Source: Rhizaria sp. SCN 62-66
Taxonomy: Eukaryota
Direction of reading: 5' to 3'
DNA length: 44,370 nt
Assembly: GCA_001724265.1 (NCBI GenBank)
Contig: MEDY01000254.1
Span: forward strand, 1 to 44,370
Shown: positions 13,419 through 23,700 of the stretch, one piece after another
How positions within the stretch are numbered: position 1 is the stretch's first letter
Layout of the letters: each line of letters starts with the position of its first letter
Translations under genes and position numbers: made by a program
Notes under the pieces: model-generated
What the model saw: only the letters and a program-made list of their open reading frames with translations
What the model was told of the DNA's origin: nothing
The model's database searches: none

Positions 13419-13615
13419 CGTGTGTTGGTGGTGTCAGAGTCGGGGGTCAGGGGTTCGTTGAAGAAGTCAGCGAGAGCGTTTGACGTAATGGGTCCACCCC
13501 GGAGCGCATCGACAAAAGCTGTTGAAGCGCAGGCCGGTGCGCGCACAGGGGCGTTCATGGGGGCCGGCTGCGGCTGGGGCTCGGGTGACGAGGAGGCTGA
13601 TCTCTCCGAGCTCAT
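4033..13615 (-). CDS. Trehalase, glycoside hydrolase family 37; ~3,140 aa; exons 13615-10339 and 10184-4033; internal TAGs at 10498-10496 and 9153-9151
   Basis: GH37 motifs occur in the correct order across four ORF-track fragments: VQLAGVYRDFKTFVD; SLFPLARPYI|VPGGRFHEMYYWDSYF (restored by splicing); NRTYYLTRSQPP; LNRYWD..PRPES; AACESGWDFSSRW; PVDLNCLLY; QWEAPNGWPPL; EKYD; GGGEYTCQAGFGWTNGV. Fragments are in frame across both TAGs. Ends in TGA. Confidence 0.9.
10185..10338 (-). other. Spliceosomal intron in the trehalase gene (154 nt, phase 1)
   Basis: GTACGC...CTGCAG and AT-rich. Removal rebuilds the conserved PYIVPGGRF motif. Confidence 0.9.
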
Positions 13616-14391
13616 CCACACCTTAACAAAATGCTGAGACAAACGTTTGGAATAGTTCAGTAGGAGAATCAAAGATAAATTAGTGGGGCAAATATAGGGC
13701 CCACTTGAAGAGTTGTTGGGACTTCAGATATTTTGATGTAAAGTGGGGACACGCGAAGAGGGAATCTCACAGTCCCTTGATCTGCCGAATTGATTCTCAG
13801 AAAAGCGCATACTGATACACCATCAAATTCATCTGACACATAATTAACGGTTTCAAATATTCTGATTTTGTCAATATCCTCTTTGTAGCTGCAAATACAT
13901 TTATAATGTTCCTATGACTCACTATGCAGTGTTAATCGGCATGACGACAGCAGCCTCCCGTTCCACCACAGTGCCAGTCCAGCGGCCAAGTCAGCAAATC
14001 ATGAATTCGCCCTATGTGAAGGCTATCGCTTCCTATAGAAACAACTATTTTGATATAATCTTGCCAGATTTTATTTATATCCGTTTTCAACAGTCAGGTT
14101 GCTGTCGACGGATTTTGACTGCACGAATCGCCTCTTTTAAATGGCGTCGGTCTACCAAGCTGACTTCAGAAGATTCTTGTTTCGCCCATATACCCATCAA
14201 GATAACTACTTTACCGGAAATTGTGGGTATATATGTGCTCTATGCTTACTCCGATGCCTCAAAGCGCACTCTATTTCTCTTTTTTTATTTTCTTTAGTGA
14301 CTTTGCCGCGAGGTCGCTCCACCTCGACTGGCTCCTCGAGCACGTGCAACTCGACTTGGTTTCTCTGGTGCGGCTCAAGGCTGCTAACACA

Positions 14392-17300
14392 ATGCTCCGC
14401 CTCTCAGCCCGCGTCCACGCGAGCCTCACGGCACGCTATACCGCCGTGCTGCCCGCCTTTGTGCCCGTCGCAGCCCTCCATACGCAGCGCCAGCTCGCCC
14501 CCGGCAACGACTATGGAGCCCGCAGCACTCGCAACGGCCTCCTCTTGAGCGCCGCCCCCGGCCCCCGCGCGCGCCCGCCGCCGCTGGTGGCCCCGCTGTC
14601 GCGTTTTTCTTCTTCTTCCTCTGATCCCACGGGGACGGACAGCGTCATCCGCCGCAGCATCGTGTCCACCAAGCGCGTCTTCCAGGCAGCCTTCTCCTCC
14701 GCCGCCCCCGCGATGGCCCCCAATGCCTCCGCTGCTGCTTCCACTGCTGCAGCCTCTGCTGCTGCTGCTGCTGCTACGACGGCAACATCAGCCCCAATAT
14801 TTGCCTCTGCCAACTCTGCGAAAGCCAGTGGTGTCACGCCGCCCGCTGCCGACGACGTCTCGCCACTCAACGGTGAAGTCGCCACTGCCGGCCCGTCTGC
14901 TGACTCCTCCAAGACTATCGCGAACGCCTATACCAGCGCCAACTCCGCCGCCGTGTCGGCCTCACCCAGCGGCCCCAGCCCCGTGACGGCGGCGTCGCTT
15001 GTTTCGTCCCTCTTTTCGTCCTCGACCTACGGCTTCGACGGCAAATCGGCGGCCGAGCTCTACGAGGCCGCCGCCGCCGTGTCATCCGCGTCCCTCGCGC
15101 AGCTCACCTCGCAGTCGTCGCTGCCCTGGGCTACGCTGCGCCTTGCGCTCGACGCCTTCCGCGTCTCGGTGCGTCGCGCGGAGGACTACTACGGCTCTCA
15201 CGGTGCGCAGGGCGTGCTGTCGATCAGTAACTACGCTCAGCTCCTCGTCGGGCTCGGCGAGCTCGCCGGCGTCGGCCGCAGGAAGCGCGTCGACGACTGG
15301 CACATCAAGGAGGTGCCCGCGGCGCGCGCGGATGTCGAGCGCCTGGCGGCCTACGCACCCATTGCGCACGCGGCGTACAAGGTTCGTCCTGCGCTTTCTC
15401 TCCTCATTCGCACACGCTATATCGCGTTACAGAACGCATTAAACTCACTTAATTTACACTATTTACACTCATGTTCTGTATTCTCTATGTTTGTTTTTTA
15501 CTGCGATTGCGATATAGAACACCGCGTCCGAGTTCGTGGTCTCGTGCGCGGCCGAGGGCGCGGACGTGACGGTGTTGCACGCAGACCCGGTGGGGCCAGC
15601 CGACAGGCCCTCGTTTTTTATTCTCAGAGTACGGACTGCGATGCGAACAATAATATCGATCGCGATTTCAACTGCGTGATAATATAGTGAATTTGGCGCG
15701 TTTTTAATGGATATAACATGAAAATAACGAAATTAAAGCTGTATTCACAACTTCACCCTTCAACTCACTCTTCTGCCGAATGTTGTCACTCTCTGCTTTG
15801 CCTCGCGCTTTATACTCAGAACAACCTGACGGGTGAAGTCGTGGTGACGTTTCGTGGCACACAGAGCATTGGCGACCTGGTGACGGACCTGGTCTCGTGG
15901 CCCGCTCCCTTCCTGGACTCGTACGCGCACGAAGGGATGTCGCGCGTCACTGCGATGCTGCAGCCCGCCGTCGTGGCCGCACTGCTCCACCACCTGCCGC
16001 CGCTCATGGGACTGCGCCGTCGCGACGGGCGCTGGCACCTCCCCACACAAACTGGGAACAACAGCAACAGCGACGACAACAACAATAATAATAACAACAA
16101 TGGTGGCAACAGCGCGACCGCTGAGGCGAACGGCACTCTCGACCCCGACGACATCCACCTGCACAGCAACGGCGGCGGCGCCGGCAGTCACGCTGACACT
16201 GAGCCTCACCCCGGCTGGGCGACGGCGGTCGAAGCCCTGGCCGACCCGACGCTGCCGCTGCCGCCAATCGTCTTCTCGGGCCACTCGCTGGGCGCCGGCG
16301 TCGCCGCCTGCATGGCGCTGGCCGTGCGACACCCGCGCCTCCCCGCGCCGCCGCAGGCGCCGGGGGCCGCAGGCGTGCAGTCCGCGGAGGAGATGGAGGC
16401 GGCGCGCCTGGCGGCGCTCACCGAGGTCTTCATGGCGCGCCTGCAGCCGCAGTGCGTGCTGCTCGCCACGCCGGCCTGCGTGTCGCCGCGGCTGGCGGCG
16501 CGCGCGCACGAGTTCACGCTCTCGGCCGTGTGTGCTGATGACCTGGTCCCGCGGCTGAGCGAGTTCACCATGGCCGATCTCATTCTGCAGCTGCACAAGC
16601 TGGGCCACGCGCGCGAGTCAGACTCTACCACCGCGACCGCGACAACGACGATGACAACGACTACAACCACGATGTCGCAGTCTAAGTCGTCGCGAGACTT
16701 GCTCTCGACCGTGCCCGAGGCCGCCATCGCGCCCGACAACATCCCTCATACCGCCGCCGGCTCCGCTGCGGCTGCTTCGCCTACGCCCGCCACCGGGACC
16801 GGGGCCGAAAGCGCGGGCGGGTGGCGGCTGGGCCGCAAGATGGAGGACGAGGTGGGGCGCATGCTGCAGCTGTACCAGACGAGCGTCACGCAGCGCGCAG
16901 GCGCCTGGTTCGAGCGCGACTCGCGTCAGCGCAAGGAGAAGGAGAGCCTCACCGCCGCCGCTGCCGCTGCCGGCGCCGCCACTGCTGCCTCAGCCGACTC
17001 CGTCCCTGCGAACGCCGGCAGCAGCGCCGCGCTGGCGCCCGCGGCCCCGCGCGCCGGCGCCGTCAAGGGCGGCGGCAAGGGCGGCGTGCTGGGCGCGCTG
17101 TCGGTGGCCATGCCTACCGCAGTCAGCGCGGTGAGCGCGCTGACCAAGTCGATCCCGGCCGGCTGGAACGGCGCCGTCGGCGCCGTCGGCGACGCCGTGT
17201 CCGGCATTCCGGGCGCAGTCAAGAGCATTCCGGGCGCCGTTAAGGGCGTGATCCCGGACGCGGTCAAGAGCCTGCCCGGCGCTGTGAAAAGCTTTCCTGG

Positions 17301-20300
17301 CGCGGTTAAGGGCAAGCTGCCGCCGCTCGTGGCCGCGCTCGCGCCCGGACTCGCGGGCGCTCGCGCCGGAGCGCCACAGCTCACCGAGTCGACCGCACAG
17401 TCTGCCACGGCTGCGGCGACGGCGACAGCGGTGACGGAGACTGTAACTGCGACGGAGACGGAGGCGGGGACTGCAGTCACGGCGACCAGGGCGACCGCGA
17501 CCGTGACCGTCGCCGTGAACGACGCGGCTGCTACCGCTGACGACGCTGTCGCTGACAGTCAAACGCGGGCGCAGACGCGGGCGGCTGAGACCGAGGCAGA
17601 GGCGCAGAGAGAGGCCCCCCAGTCAATGAAGTCGCTTCTGATGCAAGTCACGCAGTCCACCGCCGCCTTCGTCGCCTCGGTCCGCAAGTCCAACAGCGCG
17701 CGCGCCGACGCCCTTGGCGCCAGCGCGAGCAGTGGCTCGGGCAGCAGCGCCAGCGCCAGCGGCGCCAGCGGCACCCGCAGCAACGGCAGTGTAGACGAGA
17801 GCTTCAGCGCTGAGGAGCGGGCCGCGGCTGAAGACGGCAGCGCCGAGGCGGGCCGCGCCATGCGTGCCGCGGCCGATTCGCTCGCCGGTGTGCTGGCGCG
17901 GCTTAATGTGGCGCTGCGGGCCGCGAATGAGCGCGACGACAAACTCGCCCACTCCGCGGCCGCGGAGGCTGCCGTCGCGGCTGTCGCGGCAACGCAGACG
18001 CACGCAGTCGTTGCAGACGCTGCAGGCGGGGCTGACGCACACGCTTTGACCACGCCTGGGTCCACCAGTGCGAGTGCTGCGGCATGGACGCCCCCGCCCG
18101 CCGCGCAGCTGATGATCAATGGCGTGCCCTTGCCCGTTTCGGCTGTGGCGACCATCACGTCGCCCGCGCTGCGCGAGGGCCAGCAGGGCGCGCTCTTCCG
18201 CCGCGCCGCCGCGCGCGCCGCCGCCGCGCTGGCCGCGGATGACGCGCGCGCGCGGGTGGCTGAGCTGCGCGCCGCCGCCGCCGCCGAGGCTGCGGCCGCG
18301 CTCGCAACGCACGGGGACGCGTTCGGCGGCGACGGCGCGGTGGACCTGGCCAGCGTCGCCGCGGTGCGCGAGGCCAGCGCGCGCGCGGACGAGGCGCAGG
18401 CCGCCGCGGAGGCCGCCGAGGCCGAGGCCCTGCGCGCGGCGCAGCTCGAGGACGACGAGGTCTTCGTCAAGGGCGCGTCTGAAGTGCTCGCTCATCCTTT
18501 AGTGGTCGACGCTTGCGCCACCGCTGCTTCTGGCTCTGGCTCTGGTGACGGAGCGAGTTTCGGCGCCGTGGCCGTGTCCCTGACCGACGCGGACGCGGTT
18601 GACTGGGACGCCGCGTTCGTCGACGGCAAGTACGATCCGTACGCGGCCGGCGAGCAGGGCGCCCGACTTGCGCGCACCGCCGCCGCGGCCGCCGCTCGCG
18701 CCGCTGGCTCTGTTGCCGAGGCAGAGACGGCGGCGCTTGAGGCCGTCGCGGACACGGCGGACCGCGCGGTCGCCGCGCTCGAGAGTACGCACGCGCGCGC
18801 GCGGGCCGCCGTCGAGGCCACCGCCGACGCCGCAACTGCGACCATCGAGACGCAGGCCGCGCGCGCCGCAGCCCGCGTGCGCGCCGCAGCCGAGGGACTC
18901 GCCGCGCTGGCTGCGGCCGCCGACGACGCGCAGACGCCTGTGCCGGTGCCCGCACCGCTGCAGCGCGCGCTGGGCGAGTACGCGGCGTCGCTGGCGGCGA
19001 CGGCGGATGAGCTGGCGGCGACTCCCGAAGCGGGCCGCGAGGCGGTCGAGACTGCGCTGGGTGCGGTCGCAGAGTCCCTGACGAGCACCGTCGCCGCGCT
19101 CAGGGAGTCGGTCGAGCGCTCGCGGCGCGCGGCGTCCGAGGCTGCCAGCGATGCCGCTGCGCGGGTCACGGCCGCCGTCGGGCAGTCCGCCGAGGTCGTG
19201 GCCGAGAGCGCCGGCGAGCTGGACCGGCAGAGGCTGGCAGTGGCTGTGGCAGGCACGCGGTCCGCGGCGTCGGTGCTGATGAAGCTCGACCTGGTGGCCA
19301 AGCAGTCGTTCGAGAGCAAGGCGCGCGGCATGATCACCACGCTCATGGAGCGCACCGGCGCCGAGAGCAGCAGTAACGACAGCGGCCAAGGCAACAGCGT
19401 TGACGCGAGCGGCGGGACCCTGCAGGAGCCCGACACAAGTCCCGCGGGGCAGGCGGCGGCCGGGCTTGCGGCCATGCGCGCGCGCGAGCCAAGGGACTTC
19501 ATGCTACTGGAGCCGGTGCAGCCGCTGGGTCGCGCGCTGCCGCACCTGGACGACCACCGCAAAGGCTACGACGACGACAACGAGGATGAGAATGGTGAAA
19601 AGGGCGAGAACAGCGTCAGGCGCAGCGTGGTGCCGTGCGCCAAAGAGGAGAGCGCGCGCGAGGCCGCCGCCGAGGCCGCGCGCATCGGCGCCTGCGCCGT
19701 GACCGCCGAGGCCGCCGCAGCGGCGCGGTGGACGCGCGGCGAGCGTGAGAACCTGGCCCATAGTGACAAGGTGGGGGCGCCGTTGATGACACCGCTGCGC
19801 GTCTCAGCCTCGGGGCTACAGCTGCTGCTGACGCCCTCGCACGTCGTGTACCTCAAGCGCATGCCGCCCGACGGGACGCCGCTGCCGATGGAGTCCGCGG
19901 CCGCCGCGCGCCGCCGCCGCGCCGCCAAGGCCGCGCGCGCAAGCACGATCGCGGCGGCCAAGGCTGCTGCGGCGGCGGTGATGCCGTGGCGCGCGCGCAG
20001 GGCAGACACGGCCGCGGCAGAGGCGGCAGAGGCCGCGGGACAGAGCGGCGCGAACGTGGGCGCGTCCGCGCAGAGCAAGCGAGCCGCCGAGCGGCAACAA
20101 GAGGAGGAGGACGACGAGGACGAGGACGAGGTCGAGCCGCTGATCGGGTTCGACGCCAACAACGTGCAATGGCAGGCTGTGCGCCGGTCGCCGTACGACT
20201 TCTCCGAGATCATCGTGTCCGAGACGATGCTAACGGACCACCTTATCAGCCGCTACAAGAACGGACTGGGCGCCGTGCTGCGCCGGCCCAACCTCGCAGT

Positions 20301-20367
20301 CACCGGCATCGCCGCTCCCGCCGCCGCTGGCTCCGAAGGCGCTGGCCAGACTGGGAAAAAGAAGTGA
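14392..20367 (+). CDS. Class-3 lipase (diacylglycerol-lipase-like alpha/beta hydrolase); ~1,880 aa; exons 14392-15381, 15518-15628 and 15820-20367
   Basis: AHAAYK; PSFFILR|NNLTGEVVVTFRGTQSIGDLVTDL; AHEGM; nucleophile elbow FSGHSLGAGVA; DDLVPRLS (Asp); EIIVSETMLTDHL (His). The Arg/Ser/Leu-rich N-terminus resembles a mitochondrial presequence. The start is uncertain, since a possible acceptor at ~14297 could bring in an upstream exon. Ends in TGA. Confidence 0.85.
15382..15517 (+). other. Intron 1 of the lipase gene (136 nt, phase 0)
   Basis: GTTCGT...GATATAG and AT-rich. Joins AAYK to NTASEF in frame. Confidence 0.8.
15629..15819 (+). other. Intron 2 of the lipase gene (191 nt, phase 0)
   Basis: GTACGG...ACTCAG. 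Joins PSFFILR to NNLTGEVVVTFRGT, the usual lipase-3 strand pair. Confidence 0.85.
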
Positions 20368-20725
20368 GCGAGTCGATTTCGCAACTGATATTTATAGCAA
20401 TTTCTTATTTCATACATATTTCCTATTTGATTCTTTCCACAATATTATTTAAGTGCCTTGACGATGTCTACCCCAAGCTGGAGCTCGAAAACAGCTCAGG
20501 AGCCGTTGACAGTTACCAAACGTCTCTTTAAACTGACCCCCCTTCCAGATACCATATTCTGTCCGTCTATGTTCACAACAACTCGCTATTTCAAAACTTT
20601 GTAGCTTTTTGCACTAACAGGTAAATAGACATTCTTTATAAAGACTTCCTTAGGCTCCACCAGCACTAGAGGTTTCTTCGTCAATCCCCTTCAACTCCAG
20701 GAGCCACCTGCTCTGCTCGGGGCTC

Positions 20726-23700
20726 ATGAGCGCCCAGTCCTCGCACTGGTCCGAGGCGGGGGCCTCCCCATCGCGCGAGGCCGCCCTCTTCTCCGAGGTT
20801 GGCCAGCCTGATGACGCGCGCAGCCGCGAGTTCGTGGCGCGCAGTCAACGCAACTCGATGCACGTCCCCAAGACGTCTCGCCACCCGCCATCGTCCACCA
20901 TCACCGCCGCCGGCGGCCGCGGGCTGCCTTGGGCCGGCACCACGGCCGTCGACCGCCTCTCGCGGCCCTCAGTCGCCGCGCAGGCGCTCGCGCAGACGCT
21001 TCCTGCCCGCTCCCGCGGCGCTGGCGCCGGCGCTGGTCTCTCTGCTGCGCCCTCTACTTCGTCGCTGCTGTTGCCGTCGCCGTCCTCGGCGACGCTAACG
21101 CGCGGCATCACCTTTGCGCGCGCAGACCTGAAGCAGCAGGCCGTGGATCCCGAGGTTCAGGGCCTTGCGTCGCTTATCACCGTTTCCCGTGCGCCCTCCC
21201 GCGGGCCTCTCCCGCGGGACCGCGCCGCCGGCGCACTCAGCTCTACCTTCTCAGCCACCTACGGCAACGGGCCCATTGTCGTCGACGCCACGGGCGCCGC
21301 GGAGGGCTCCGGTGGCCTCTCGCGCACGCTGCCCCCGCGCGCCGCTACCACCCGCGGCGGCTCCTCTGCGCGCCCCGCCTCCGCCTCCGCAGCCAGCAGC
21401 TGGAACGGATCTGGCACCGCGCATGCGGGGAGCGACGCCGACCCCGAGAGCGCGCTGCAGCGGGGGCTCGCCGCGCGCCGCGGGCGCAGGCCCGGCTCGG
21501 CCGCGACCGGCGCTCCTGGTGGCGGCAGCGGCGTGCTGGGCCAGTCGCTCGCATCCGCGCTCGCACTCACATCGAATAACACCGATAACTCTCGTAACGG
21601 CTACTACGACGACGGCATCGGCGTTCACGGCGGCGACGACGATGACGACGAGGGCGGGCTGTCCCGCGGCGTCACCCTTAAGCCCGCCACCGCGGGGGGC
21701 GGCTCCCGCACCGAGCGCGCGCAGGCTGCACTGGCCGCCACGGTTCGCTCGCAGCAGCCCAGTGCGCCGTCGAGACAGCAGCAGACGGGCCCGCCGAGCG
21801 TGGAGGAGCTGGCCAGGCCCGCGGCGCTGTCGCGGACGGCGCGGCTGCAGCAGCAGGTGCTGGCGCGGGAGCTGGCCAAGCTGCAGCAGCAACAGCAGCA
21901 GCAGGAGCAGCAGCAGGGCCAGCAGCAGCAGAGCGACTCCGCGGCCCCCGCGCAGGGCGAGTCCGAGGCTGAGGCCGTTGCCGTGGCCCTGGCAACGCTG
22001 CGCCGCGCAGCGACCTCGCGCGCGCTGGCCGCCGACCCCAAGCTGGGCCCGGCTCTCGCCGCTGTGGCCGCGGCGCCGCTGCCGCCGTCGCTCGAGGCCG
22101 CCGTGCAGCGCAGGCTGGCTGACCCGGCGGGGCTGCGCGGGCCGCGCACGCAGGCCGTTGCCGTCGCCGCGGCCAAGCTGCCCGCGCGCCCCACGAGCGC
22201 CAGCGCAGCCGGCGCGGCCGGCGCGAACTACCTTGCAGCGGCGAGCAGCAGTGTGAAGAGACTGGAGAGCGAGACGGGCACGGGCGACGTCGACGTGATT
22301 GCCGTCGCGGCACACATCGGCACGCCCGCTGAGGGCGCCACAGCGCTGCCGCTGCCGGCGCCGCTGCCGCAGACGCTGGCCCAGACCCAGGCGCAGTCGC
22401 TGCCGCTGCCGCGGCCTGTGTCGGGCCGCCCTGTCACGACCGCTGCGGTGGCCGAGCCCAGCTCATACCGCCCCACCGCCGCGGCCGCACGCCCAGTGGG
22501 CAACACTCCTGCAACGGCTGCGAAGTCCGCATCCGCAGCGAAACCACCCGCCTCCACTGCGCCCGCGGTCGTGGCGGCGGCAGCGGCTATGGACGCCGTG
22601 GACGCGCACGGCGCCACCGGCGACGTCGAGGTCTCTGCCGCGGGCGCGGGCGCGGCGCCCTCTGAGACCTCGCTGGCCCCCGGCGGCGCCGTGCGGCTGC
22701 CCGCTGCAGACCCGTCGGCTCCGCGCCCCGCCGCCAATGTTGCTGCGGCGGCGAAGACGGTGGCGAAGGCGGCGGCTCCGCCTGTGGCTGCACGCCCCAC
22801 CGCAACTGCTGCGGCTGCTGCCGTGGCTCCAGCCGCTGCTAAGACCACAGCGCGTGCTTCAATCGCTCCCACCACCATCGCCACTGCTGCTCCTGCTGCA
22901 ACATCGTCACGCGCTCAGACACAGCCCCAAACGCAGTCCCAGGCTCGCGCCCAGCTGCAGCCGCAGCATTCGCAGTATGACTCGCACCCGCTGACCGTGA
23001 TGGACGGGGACGAAACGGGCGACATCGATCTCGCGTTCGGCGCTGCGCCCAGTGAGACCGCTTCCGTCGCCGCCGCTGTCTCGGTCACCGCCCTGCCCGC
23101 TGCCCCAATTGCAAGCAGTAAGCCCGCGACACAGCCGCAACCGCTGCAGCAGGCCACTCAGCAGCAGGCCACTGCGCGCACTGCGGCCACCCCTGCGACC
23201 GCGACGACGGCCCGCTCGACGCAACAGCAATCCGCCACCAAGCCCGTGCTCAAGTCCGCGGCTCCCGTCACCGCTCCCGCCGCTGCTGTTGCTGCCACCG
23301 CCTCGCCCGACGCCGACGCGACGCTCTTCCACGGCGACCGCACCGAGGACACCGGCGACGTGGACGTCACGGCGCGCGCCGACGCGGGCGTGGCACTGCC
23401 GACGGGCGCCGCGGACGTGGCGCCGCTGCCCGCGCGCTCACTCGCGCTGCTGCCCGCCTGCGCGAAGCCGCTGCGCAGCGCCGCCGCGGGCGCAGCGCGC
23501 AACAGCGGCTCGCTGCGCCCCGCCGGCGTCTCAGCGGCGGCTGCGGCAGCGGTGGCGCGCTACGAGGCCGGCGACGACGAGGATGAGGAAGAAGAGCAGG
23601 AGTTCACAGCCTCGCACCGCGGCATCAGCCTCGCCGCGCCCGCCGCCAAGCCCACAGCCGCTGTCGCCAAGAAGTCGTCTCCGGCGCTGGCCGAGACCGC

